Source: a virus. Taken from it: a stretch of DNA of 64,000 nucleotides. Both the position numbers and the translations under genes were made by a program. Below, piece by piece: positions 51,211 through 60,375 of this stretch. Location: IMG/VR virus record IMGVR_UViG_3300032116_000031, positions 1 through 64,000 of that record. One strand, given 5' to 3'. Numbering within the stretch: the first letter of the stretch is position 1; every line of letters begins with the position of its first letter. The notes beneath the pieces are model-generated. The model was not told the DNA's origin. It did no database searches and saw nothing but the letters and a program-made list of their open reading frames with translations.

Positions 51211-51600
51211 TTATAGTTTTAATTTTAAATTCTTACGGATACTTTCCAATTCTTTATCCGTTAATAAAGGTTCGTTATCGGATGTAGAATCTTCTGTTTT
51301 GTCTTTAACCTCATCATTTCTATTTAAGATTGCATTGCCATAAAATTTAACCAAGTCAATTTTATTTTTATTGTTGACATTGATAATATCCAAGGTTTTA
51401 TTAGACAATGAATCTAAAATTTCAATCTCTTTTAGCGTTCGGTTTTCATCACTACCTTCAATCTCTTTGGCCCTTAGAATTTCTTCTTCACGCTTTTTGA
51501 ACATATGTAGCGCCCTTTTTTCTTGACGTTCTAAGTCATTAAAAGTTAATTGGATTCGCTCTAACAAGCCATCTAAACTGGCTGGAATTTTACTTTTCAT
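51211..51600 (-). CDS. Hypothetical helical protein
   Basis: 129 aa, with TATTTATA at 51614-51621 upstream. Confidence 0.6.
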   Translation of the reverse strand: MKSKIPASLDGLLERIQLTFNDLERQEKRALHMFKKREEEILRAKEIEGSDENRTLKEIEILDSLSNKTLDIINVNNKNKIDLVKFYGNAILNRNDEVKDKTEDSTSDNEPLLTDKELESIRKNLKLKL

Positions 51601-51621
51601 AATCTCGTTTCTTTATAAATA

Positions 51622-52398
51622 TTACAAATCTTCGTCTAAATCCCTTAAAAACTTCCTTTTCTTTTTTGTGTAGAAGTTTTTATAAAATTTTAGACTTTGA
51701 CTTATTTGTGTTGTATTTAGTAAAGTCATGTTTCGGATACATTCCAAAATAAAATTCTTCTTAAATTTTTTAGTGTCGTCTAAATAAATTTTATCCCAAT
51801 TTTTTGTTATCTCAATTATGGCTATCCCGACTTTAATGTCTGACTCTTTCAAGCCGTGTTTTTCAATATTTATATCTAAATTTGAATTATCCAATAAAGC
51901 CTCGATTTCTATAACTATTAGTTCAAAAAATTGGTGCATCAAAGAATCTTCTGTATATTCCTCATCTATAATATCAGCACCTTCATTTACTGTTCTATAA
52001 ACATCATCGTAAAGAATAACTTTCTTTTTATCTTTAGTTTCTTTTTTACGATTATTTTGCAATCTTCTCTTTATTATGGTACCAAAGTAAGAAAAAGATT
52101 TTTTGCCTCTGTCTGGATCAAACATATGGATTTTCATATGTAAGAATGATAAGGTGTCATCAAACAAATCCTTATAAGACATTTTAGCACTATACAATTT
52201 ATAACGATTTATTATTGATTCCGTCATTTTTTCTAAGGGTTTCTTTAACAAATCGTTATAAATTTGATTCTTTTCTTCATCGGAAGAAGATTTTAAGTAT
52301 CTAACAACCGCTTCTTCTTGTTCGGTTGAAAAATAACCTGAAAGCGTATTTATGTCATTAGTATTAGCATTTTTCGGTTTACGTCCTCTTTTAGCCAT
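51622..52398 (-). CDS. Late-transcription sigma factor (T4 gp55-like)
   Basis: YF..E.E.AVV.Y, K..ESII.RY and FDPD.GKK.FSYF.TI.K, resembling the gp55 region-2 motif F.P.K..N.FAYFT.I. Confidence 0.7.
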   Translation of the reverse strand: MAKRGRKPKNANTNDINTLSGYFSTEQEEAVVRYLKSSSDEEKNQIYNDLLKKPLEKMTESIINRYKLYSAKMSYKDLFDDTLSFLHMKIHMFDPDRGKKSFSYFGTIIKRRLQNNRKKETKDKKKVILYDDVYRTVNEGADIIDEEYTEDSLMHQFFELIVIEIEALLDNSNLDINIEKHGLKESDIKVGIAIIEITKNWDKIYLDDTKKFKKNFILECIRNMTLLNTTQISQSLKFYKNFYTKKKRKFLRDLDEDL

Positions 52399-52425
52399 TA
52401 AAATTAGATTAAAAAATAAAAGGCT

Positions 52426-53208
52426 TTAACCTTCATATGTTATATGTCTGTCTTCACTGAAGAAATATTCTTTTTTTGCTAAGTCTTGATAAAATTTAAT
52501 TTCAAGTTTATCCAAAGAATCATAGTATGCCGTTAGGCTACCTTCTCTCTTGATTCTATGTCTAACCATTAATTTAGGTATTACCATTACTTCGGATAGC
52601 TGATTCAAAATCCTCAAGAAATATTCGTATTCAAAGTATTTTTTGATACTATGTTTATATCCGCCATTATCAATAAATTCAGCTGTTTTGTATATAGCTG
52701 ATGTAAAGGAGAACAAGGACATTTTCTTCAATGTTTCAAAATCCAAATACCCTTGTTTATCTGTATAATTCATACTCCATGCTAATTCATTCACCATATT
52801 AGTAAAGGATTCGCCGTCGAACTCCAAGTTAATAGGAAGGAATACTGATACATTTGGATATGCTTTTGAATACTCTTCTGTGTATGTTACAAAGGTATTA
52901 TTTAATACGTCGTCATATTGTAGTACGGTGAAGTAGGGCGTGGATATGGAGGTTTGGACGGCGAAATTAATGACCTCCGTATAATTTGGATAAAGTTCCC
53001 TCAATTCCTCTGGAAGATCAAGGAAGTTTAATTTCAAGCCAAATGTATTGGATGCTTCTACTTGCTTTTTCAAATCCGCAAAAGTAGCAACCAATATATC
53101 GAAGTCTTTACTATCTTGTTTAGCCAATGACTCAAACATTTCTATAATATAGCTATCTTCGACATCTAGCTTATGAATTGGTATAATTACTGTTAATTTA
53201 TTGCTCAT
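52426..53208 (-). CDS. GT-A (family 2-like) glycosyltransferase
   Basis: LTVIIP, S...Q, N.A.....TPYF.VL..DD motifs. Confidence 0.75.
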   Translation of the reverse strand: MSNKLTVIIPIHKLDVEDSYIIEMFESLAKQDSKDFDILVATFADLKKQVEASNTFGLKLNFLDLPEELRELYPNYTEVINFAVQTSISTPYFTVLQYDDVLNNTFVTYTEEYSKAYPNVSVFLPINLEFDGESFTNMVNELAWSMNYTDKQGYLDFETLKKMSLFSFTSAIYKTAEFIDNGGYKHSIKKYFEYEYFLRILNQLSEVMVIPKLMVRHRIKREGSLTAYYDSLDKLEIKFYQDLAKKEYFFSEDRHITYEG

Positions 53209-54301
53209 CTTGATATTTTTTAATTGTTAGATTTACTTTTTCGATTTTGCTTTCAAAAATCCTATTAAAGGTTGCTTTTGTTTGATTTGTAAAGTTTTGT
53301 TCGTTGTATGGCTCCACTGTTTTTTGCATGTTGTCATACATCTGCTGTGGAACATCACCCAACAGCCAATTCTCAACAAAACGTGCTATATAATCAGGTA
53401 TCGCTAAAATATTAGATAGATACACCGCATTATCACTCAATTTGATATTATCTCCTTCGATATTTTCAGCCCATTCTGGGATTAAATCTGGAATTTTAAC
53501 AATTACAGGAACTCCTGATTTCATTGACTCCAAGGGAAATGTACCAAAGGTAGCGTAATCATCAATCCAAATAGATAAACAAGTTTCTTTTAGTGCCTCT
53601 GCAAAACTTTCTTTAGGTAAATTACCAAGGGTTTTAAAAGAGAACCAAGAATACATAGGATATTTTTGGTAGAATAGTTTTGCTACTCTTTCCAAGTCGT
53701 CTTGATTTCTACTGATAATTGATATTATTGGTTTTTGTGGAAGGGTGGACGGCGAAAAGACATCCGAAATGGCGGGATTAATAACGTAAGTATTTTTAAC
53801 AGGTTGATATTCAGCTAAAAAAGTTTTCATCTTATTAGATGTTGTAATAGCATGATCCACACCATAAAAACTCCAACCTTCGCCTGCATTCATATATTTG
53901 AAAATAAATGAGTGAGATTGACAAATTACTACTGTATCAGAAGGAAGTTTACTCTCCCAAAGCTTTTTAATTAAGTCAGCATATAGCTCTGGAATAAAAA
54001 AAGTATCGGAACCGTTAATTTGATACTCTGGATTATTATTCATTGTCGTGATTGAAATATGCTTCAACGAGGAATATCTTTCACCCATCCAATTCTGAAC
54101 ACCGACAAATTTTTCCTTTTCGTGTAACATAATGACCTTGTACCCTTCATCATCCATTATACCTGCTATCTTGTATATGTATTCAATTGAAGCCATTGGA
54201 GTGCCATTAGTGTCGGCGACAAAAAAGAATAATCTTCCTTCCTTATTCTCTATTTTGCCCCTTAGCTCTACCAATTTTTCTATTATTTCTTTATTTTCCA
54301 T
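53198..54301 (-). CDS. GT-B (family 4-like) glycosyltransferase
   Basis: C-terminal FG.FPLE.M.SGVPVI motif. Confidence 0.7.
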   Translation of the reverse strand: MENKEIIEKLVELRGKIENKEGRLFFFVADTNGTPMASIEYIYKIAGIMDDEGYKVIMLHEKEKFVGVQNWMGERYSSLKHISITTMNNNPEYQINGSDTFFIPELYADLIKKLWESKLPSDTVVICQSHSFIFKYMNAGEGWSFYGVDHAITTSNKMKTFLAEYQPVKNTYVINPAISDVFSPSTLPQKPIISIISRNQDDLERVAKLFYQKYPMYSWFSFKTLGNLPKESFAEALKETCLSIWIDDYATFGTFPLESMKSGVPVIVKIPDLIPEWAENIEGDNIKLSDNAVYLSNILAIPDYIARFVENWLLGDVPQQMYDNMQKTVEPYNEQNFTNQTKATFNRIFESKIEKVNLTIKKYQDEQ

Positions 54302-54968
54302 TTTTGAATATGTTTAATAATGCTTTTAAGTTTTTTATTTTTTTGCCTTGTTTTAAATGCTTGTTATTTTCAGTTTCAATTTTGAAAAGCTTTCTGTTCT
54401 TGGGTTTGTTTTCAATTATATAATTGTCAGCTGTTATTATCATTTTATAATCATCCCAAATGTCTTCATACGAAGAAACAAACCTCAAATTATTTAATTT
54501 ACATTTTTCTCTGGATAAGAAGAAAAGAGTCGCTGGTTTACTATTACCTATTTCCATGGAAACTAAATCGACCTCTATACCCTTTGAATTAAAATAGTTT
54601 TGTAACTCGTGGAAATCGTTAATAACATCTTTGTAAGTAACATTGGTTTTAGCTCCAATTTCAAAACTCATTTGCTCATAGAGGAATCTAAGAAAAAATT
54701 CTTTTGACTGTAACTCTATTTTAGAAGTTATATACATCGGATCAACCTTACCTTCCAAATTTAAGATTTTATTTTCTATTTTATTTTCTGTAATTTGTTG
54801 AATATCACCCTCATCATCCAATTCCCCAAATTCAAAGTCATCGCCTCGATCTATTTTTTCTTCATTGAACTGCTCTTCTTCTTCCAAATAGACATTATAA
54901 ACTTCCTTAAATGTATCATAATATCTTCTGATAACATCATTTATTGTTATTGCAATTCTTTTTTTCAT
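54291..54968 (-). CDS. Degenerate HAD/5'-nucleotidase-like protein
   Basis: RIAITINDVIR resembles HAD motif I but lacks DxD; ends with a ...N.H.. tail typical of NT5C-like proteins. Confidence 0.45.
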   Translation of the reverse strand: MKKRIAITINDVIRRYYDTFKEVYNVYLEEEEQFNEEKIDRGDDFEFGELDDEGDIQQITENKIENKILNLEGKVDPMYITSKIELQSKEFFLRFLYEQMSFEIGAKTNVTYKDVINDFHELQNYFNSKGIEVDLVSMEIGNSKPATLFFLSREKCKLNNLRFVSSYEDIWDDYKMIITADNYIIENKPKNRKLFKIETENNKHLKQGKKIKNLKALLNIFKNGK

Positions 54969-56536
54969 AGTATTACGATATAATTTTTTAATTTATGTTT
55001 ATATTCTATAATTTTTGGTTGTAAGACTTCCACAAAGTCCCTGTTTATTCTTTGAATTTTATCGGGATTTTCATCTCTTGTAAGCGATTCGTAATGATAA
55101 CATACAGCATCTCCTTGATAGAAGTTAGTTTTATCTTGTTTAGCTAATATATCTAAATTCAAAACTACATCTTCAAAACATTCAACTGTGTTTTCATTGA
55201 AGCCATTTACCTTTTCAAATAGTTTTTTGTTGACCAACAAAAAGGCCCCAGTTGATCCCACCATGTTTGAAGACAGTTTACTGTTGAAGGAATAATAACT
55301 TTTCAAACCATAATGAGAAGCGCCTATTCTTTTGGCTTTATCAACATATAAAATAATACCTGCATGTTGGATTCTTAAATTAGGATATAATAGTCTACAT
55401 CCAACCGTACCGCACCTGTGCTTGTTTTTTTGATACGTTAAAACCATTAAATCAAGGGCGTTGTTGATTAATTGAATATCATTATTACAGAATAATAATA
55501 GTTCTTCGTCATTAAAATAAGTTTTAATTAATTCATTGTTATTTTTTGCAAAATTATAGTAGTCTAATTGATGAATTTTTAATTTAATATTCTTATGATC
55601 CAACGCGGTTATTTGTTCGACATATGAATTTAAAGCAAGTAAAGACTCTTCAGATGAACCAGTATCGCCAACTACTATATTAAGATTAATGTTTTTATTT
55701 GTTTTCTTGATTAAAGAATTAATACATTTAATCAAGTAATCTATTTTATCCTTAGTTAAAATAACAACACCGACGGAAACACTATTCACCTGTACAGGAT
55801 TTATTTTTGCTATGTCTGTTAAATTAGGTCTGGTTTGGATAGGTAAGAGATCTTGATACATTTCCAAAAATACATTTCGATTAAAATACCAAGAATTAGA
55901 TACTTGACCTATACTTTTATGGTGAATTTTAAATGAAGTGGTTACACCTATTTTAACTCCTTCTAAAAAGTTTTCTACACTAAAACAAACGTCATAAAAG
56001 TGGAAACCTTTTATCTTTTCATTGAAGTTCTTCTTTATCCTATCTTTTTTCAGAGCAATAAAAACGCCGTCCAACACACAAACATTCATCACAAAATCAT
56101 GATGACTAGAAAATTCAGAATCATATTTTACTAGTTTACCATTAATTTCTCTTTCGTGAGAAACAATTCCAGCTAAGTCAGCCCTATTCTCCCACCAAAT
56201 ACCACTTTTATTTAAAGAGGTTGCTCCAGCTAATCCAATAATTCCATAATCAGTTGTTTCAAATATCTCTATTATTTTTTCATCCCACCCTTTAGGTAAA
56301 ACAATATCATCGTGGGCTAAAACTAATATCTCATCTTCCCCACACATATCCAAAGCTTTATTGTAAGCTTGTGTTAAAGAATATTGATTATCATTTTCAA
56401 ATTCAACAATCCTAACATCAGTTTTCAAAGAATTTAATATCTTTTTCCGATTTTCTTCTGATTTTTTTCTAGTACTATAAAAATAGAGCATATTTATATT
56501 TGAGTAATCTATAAGTTTTTTTAAACATTGTTGCAT
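54965..56536 (-). CDS. Two-domain GT-A glycosyltransferase
   Basis: Domain 1: AYN.A...HDD, G.IG.AG, LDG.F, FHFYD. Domain 2: VVILT, GDTGS, NFAK.NN, NNDI, QHAG, TGA.L, EDV.L, H.ES.TR. Confidence 0.85.
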   Translation of the reverse strand: MQQCLKKLIDYSNINMLYFYSTRKKSEENRKKILNSLKTDVRIVEFENDNQYSLTQAYNKALDMCGEDEILVLAHDDIVLPKGWDEKIIEIFETTDYGIIGLAGATSLNKSGIWWENRADLAGIVSHEREINGKLVKYDSEFSSHHDFVMNVCVLDGVFIALKKDRIKKNFNEKIKGFHFYDVCFSVENFLEGVKIGVTTSFKIHHKSIGQVSNSWYFNRNVFLEMYQDLLPIQTRPNLTDIAKINPVQVNSVSVGVVILTKDKIDYLIKCINSLIKKTNKNINLNIVVGDTGSSEESLLALNSYVEQITALDHKNIKLKIHQLDYYNFAKNNNELIKTYFNDEELLLFCNNDIQLINNALDLMVLTYQKNKHRCGTVGCRLLYPNLRIQHAGIILYVDKAKRIGASHYGLKSYYSFNSKLSSNMVGSTGAFLLVNKKLFEKVNGFNENTVECFEDVVLNLDILAKQDKTNFYQGDAVCYHYESLTRDENPDKIQRINRDFVEVLQPKIIEYKHKLKNYIVIL

Positions 56537-56634
56537 TAAATATAAGGAAGCTTTAAAAGTTTTATTTTATTACCTATATTTACCTTATTATTTATTAATA
56601 TTTTTTACACAATACAAACAAAATTTTTTAAACT

Positions 56635-56868
56635 ATGAAATGGTTCACACTTGACATTTTGCGTCAAATTTTAATGGTAGCAGGCGCTATCGCAGTAGGT
56701 ATGGGTTGGAAAGACCAAGAATCAGTAAATATGCTTATCGGTATTCTTATGTCGGTTGCTGGTGCTGTTTGGCAACTTTTTGATCACAGCGCTGTCCAAG
56801 AAGAAGTTAGAAGTTTGAAGGAAGAGGTTAGAAGCTTCAGAGAGTTGAAGCCTACTAGCAAGAAATAA
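56635..56868 (+). CDS. Small two-TM protein, putative holin
   Basis: RQIL...GA...G and IG..MS..G.VW helices with a charged C-terminus; own upstream TATTTAT element and terminator. Confidence 0.55.
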   Translation: MKWFTLDILRQILMVAGAIAVGMGWKDQESVNMLIGILMSVAGAVWQLFDHSAVQEEVRSLKEEVRSFRELKPTSKK

Positions 56869-56881
56869 TAATTTGATAGGC

Positions 56882-56925
56882 AAAAAAAAAGACCGCAGCA
56901 TATTTCTATGTTGCGGTTTTTTTTT
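56882..56925. terminator. Bidirectional intrinsic terminator
   Basis: A9-GACCGCAGCATA-TTTC-TATGTTGCGG-T9 between convergent genes. Confidence 0.85.
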
Positions 56926-57517
56926 ATTTAAAAAATTCGTCAAGGGAATCTAACATTATCAGATAGAAAATTATTAAAGTGATATGTTCTTTAAAATTAT
57001 CCGAATCAATTAATAGATTAAAAGTGTCTTCTATTCTTAATTTCACAATTTCTTCCGTCGACAATGTAGAAAAAATTCCTTTGGGTTTTAAGTAGAAATT
57101 AAGGTTTATAAAATTTAATTCTACATCATTAATTAAATTCTTTTCTATTTCTTCTAATAGTTTTATCGGAGTTAATTCTTCTTCCAATTCTGATCTTAGA
57201 ATTATTAAATGCAATAAAAAATATTTTAGTAATTCCTTCTTTTCAGTTATATTGAATTTTAAATCTTTATATTCACTAAAAATATTTAAAGGCTTGGAAG
57301 CGTAATTTGAAATCAAATATTCTAAAATACTTTTCCTTTCAAACACTGTAAAATATTGATAACTCGTCTTTGTAAAATAACTTTTAATTTTTCTTACAAC
57401 TTTTAAGGGTTCAAAAGACTCAATATTTTTATTTTGAATTATTGGTTTATTACCTACCACGCTAAAATAATAGTCATCAGTAAAACTTGAATTCTCCTCG
57501 TTTATAATATATTCCAT
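56924..57517 (-). CDS. Hypothetical protein
   Basis: 197-aa ORF. Confidence 0.6.
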   Translation of the reverse strand: MEYIINEENSSFTDDYYFSVVGNKPIIQNKNIESFEPLKVVRKIKSYFTKTSYQYFTVFERKSILEYLISNYASKPLNIFSEYKDLKFNITEKKELLKYFLLHLIILRSELEEELTPIKLLEEIEKNLINDVELNFINLNFYLKPKGIFSTLSTEEIVKLRIEDTFNLLIDSDNFKEHITLIIFYLIMLDSLDEFFK

Positions 57518-57528
57518 AGAAATAATTT

Positions 57529-58398
57529 TTAAATTGATTTTTTTAATTTAACATATATAACGAAAGTCTTAATTATTTCGTAAATCATTTGATATGGATC
57601 ATCTATATTTTTCTTTTCCTTGAAATATTTCACCAATGGAGCCTCTTCACTGTAAAGTTTAAAAGAAAAGAACATATAATCATATAAATGGAAAAATAAC
57701 ATGCTGGTATAAACCTCTGTCGTTTCTTCAGAAGTTATGTCTACTTTATGGTTTTCATTGTCTTCAAACATTTCAACTAAAACGTCCACAGCCTCATTTA
57801 TGTCTTTTGGTAGCAGGTCTTTTATTTTCTTTTCACTAAGTTTATTTTTTTCGTATAAGGCTATCTCTTCATCTGTCAAGATATTTTCATATTTACTGTG
57901 CCCTATCTTATTCTTAATATCTTTTGATAAATCCAAATTTAACTCATACGTTAATTGGGAAAAATTATCCGTTTTAAATTTATCTTTTAACACCTTAATA
58001 ACAGGAGATTTATCGTAAAATAAAAATAATTCATCGTAGATGAAACTGGAGAAGGGATGGTAAAAGAAAGAAGTTATCACTTCAACGCTTGAACTTTTAA
58101 ACATCTTTTCTAAGTCTTCATCATACTCCAATAAATCCAAGCATTTCTCCAATACGCCTTCGTAAGTTGAAGGAAGGGCATCAAGTTGTGTCTGAATAAA
58201 ATCCTTTAACAATTTTACATCTTCTTTTTTATTCCCAGATTCAGCTAAATCAATGAAATAATTAAAGAACATAATCATTGTGTAGTTACTGTCAAAGTCG
58301 AATTGTGGATTCTCATATGTATCCTTTTTAACAGCCTTGATTATTTCTGATAGATTATATTTGATTATATTTGAATCCTTATTAATACTAAATTTCAT
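57529..58398 (-). CDS. Hypothetical protein with tandem internal repeat (DUF6794-like)
   Basis: Two units: LP(S/K)..E....L...FF(Y)H..D..F...(S/A)P..K.... Confidence 0.45.
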   Translation of the reverse strand: MKFSINKDSNIIKYNLSEIIKAVKKDTYENPQFDFDSNYTMIMFFNYFIDLAESGNKKEDVKLLKDFIQTQLDALPSTYEGVLEKCLDLLEYDEDLEKMFKSSSVEVITSFFYHPFSSFIYDELFLFYDKSPVIKVLKDKFKTDNFSQLTYELNLDLSKDIKNKIGHSKYENILTDEEIALYEKNKLSEKKIKDLLPKDINEAVDVLVEMFEDNENHKVDITSEETTEVYTSMLFFHLYDYMFFSFKLYSEEAPLVKYFKEKKNIDDPYQMIYEIIKTFVIYVKLKKSI

Positions 58399-59011
58399 TT
58401 TTAAATTCTCCTTTTATGATAGTTTCATACTCTAAGGTATAAACATCTTGGTTAAATAATAATTCTTTTATGTTTTGATCGTATTTTTCAGAGCGGACTA
58501 TTACCTTTTTAATTTTATCTTTTACCTCGTTTATATAATACAGGCTAGTAGGTGTATCGTAAGTCGCAACAATCATTTTCTCGCTAAATGCTGGAAGGTA
58601 TGTTGTAATATAATAATTCAATAAATGGTTATTATCATCCTTATCAACATAAGCTATTTTATACTTAAAATTTTCCTTTTCAGTTGTGAAATTGGATTTA
58701 TCATATTTCTTATAAGATATTACCGAAAAGACATTGTTATATACTTTAAAGAAATTATTATCATAATCATATTGTGCCTTATAATCATAATTTTCTTTTA
58801 AAATATCTTGAGCAAGATTTACAATGTAATTTTTAGTTTTGCCATCGTCGCAAATTATTAATATAGAGCAATCTTCCTCAAAGAAAAGTAAATCGCAGAA
58901 ATAGATAACCATTTGAGTAGTCAAGCCGACACTCTTTGGTTGACCTATAATGATTAACTCCTCTTTTGAGGAAGATATAACCTCTGATATTTTAGATACA
59001 TCTACTATCAT
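58388..59011 (-). CDS. Degenerate terminase-ATPase-like domain protein
   Basis: IIIGQPKSVGLTT....Y....LF......ILI resembles the terminase large-subunit Walker-A region (xxRQxGxTT). Confidence 0.4.
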   Translation of the reverse strand: MIVDVSKISEVISSSKEELIIIGQPKSVGLTTQMVIYFCDLLFFEEDCSILIICDDGKTKNYIVNLAQDILKENYDYKAQYDYDNNFFKVYNNVFSVISYKKYDKSNFTTEKENFKYKIAYVDKDDNNHLLNYYITTYLPAFSEKMIVATYDTPTSLYYINEVKDKIKKVIVRSEKYDQNIKELLFNQDVYTLEYETIIKGEFKNEI

Positions 59012-59445
59012 TTACCTGTACTACCGAAACCACCTGTACCCCTTTCTGTATCGGAAAGGGTTTCTGCTTGTGTTATTTGGAAGTTATACCCTTCATTCTT
59101 TCTAAGAATCAATTGAGCTACTCTATCTCCCTGTTTAAAATTATGTTCCATAGAATCAATATGGTCTACTCGCCTCAATCTCATTTGTACTTCACCTCTG
59201 TAACTTGGATCAATAATTCCAACGGAATTGGCTTGTACCCAAGGTTCTTTACTAAGAGATGATCGAGGTACCAATTCCAAATAATAACCGTCTGGGGGTT
59301 CTACTGAAATACCTAATTTGATTACAAGGGCACCATTTATTTCATCGAAAGAATGTGCATATACATCAAAGCCTACATCTGTTGGGCTTGCCTTCGTTGG
59401 TAATTTTGAATCTGGGTGTAAAAGTTTTACTTTAATTTCGTTCAT
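59008..59445 (-). CDS. dut: dUTP diphosphatase
   Basis: GFDV, PRSS, GIIDPSYRGE, GDRVAQL and RGTGGFGSTG: all five trimeric dUTPase motifs. Confidence 0.95.
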   Translation of the reverse strand: MNEIKVKLLHPDSKLPTKASPTDVGFDVYAHSFDEINGALVIKLGISVEPPDGYYLELVPRSSLSKEPWVQANSVGIIDPSYRGEVQMRLRRVDHIDSMEHNFKQGDRVAQLILRKNEGYNFQITQAETLSDTERGTGGFGSTGK

Positions 59446-60335
59446 ATTACTTGTTTTAAATTTTGCAAATAGTTAAATAGATTATATACAGTTGTAACAT
59501 CACTTTCACAGTAAGATACTAATTCTTTAATATCGAATTCATCTGAATAATAATATTTACCCATTGACTCTCCATTAACAGCTCCTTGTTTAGAGCTTTC
59601 AAATCCTAAGTTTAAAGCTATAGTATCTAATGTAGCATCGCCTGTTGCATTACCTGCTCTCCATTCTGATGCTGTATCAATAACTTTTTTATTCCAAGGC
59701 TGTTGAAATGGTTGGTGTAGAAAATAAGGCGTTATTAATCCATTCAAAGACATTCTCTTAGTGATAAAAGGAATATCGAAGAAATTGATGTTATGCCCTA
59801 CTACCCAAACATTACCGTTATTTTCCTTTGAAATTCGCTCATATAACTTGTTGATTCCAAATTGGAAATTCATTAAGAGTTCTAATTCATCGCCAACAAA
59901 AGAAATAGTCTGAAACTCGCCATTCTTTTTAAATCCCAAGCTAATACAAATAATTTTTGCATATTCAGGATAAAGGCCAGCTATTTCTCTGTACCGTGCA
60001 GCAGGTGATTCAGTTCTTTGATTCTTATAAATTTTCAGAAGCGTTTCTGGATTTATATCTGTTATATTAGATTCTTTTTCTAATTCATGAAAAAACGCAT
60101 CAATAATCTTACTTTTAGCTGATTCATCATAATTAGTCCATCTATCTAATTTTAACTCAAAACGCTTTTGTAGCTCTGGTGACAACTTATTATAATCATC
60201 ATAGTTAGCAACTGTTTCAATATCCAAGAAAATACATTCATCTGCTTTAATAGGCATATTATTCTTTGGATTAAGAAAGAACGTTCTACCTACTTCACTT
60301 TTTAATTCTGAAACCTTTTTGTTTGTGTATATCAT
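59442..60335 (-). CDS. DEDD 3'-5' exonuclease (PolB-exo/RNase_H_2-like)
   Basis: FLDIET, GHN...FDIP and YC..DV motifs; TACCTTTG element at 60352-60359. Confidence 0.85.
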   Translation of the reverse strand: MIYTNKKVSELKSEVGRTFFLNPKNNMPIKADECIFLDIETVANYDDYNKLSPELQKRFELKLDRWTNYDESAKSKIIDAFFHELEKESNITDINPETLLKIYKNQRTESPAARYREIAGLYPEYAKIICISLGFKKNGEFQTISFVGDELELLMNFQFGINKLYERISKENNGNVWVVGHNINFFDIPFITKRMSLNGLITPYFLHQPFQQPWNKKVIDTASEWRAGNATGDATLDTIALNLGFESSKQGAVNGESMGKYYYSDEFDIKELVSYCESDVTTVYNLFNYLQNLKQVI

Positions 60336-60375
60336 ATCTATTAATTTTCTGCAAAGGTAACTGTTTTAATCCAAT

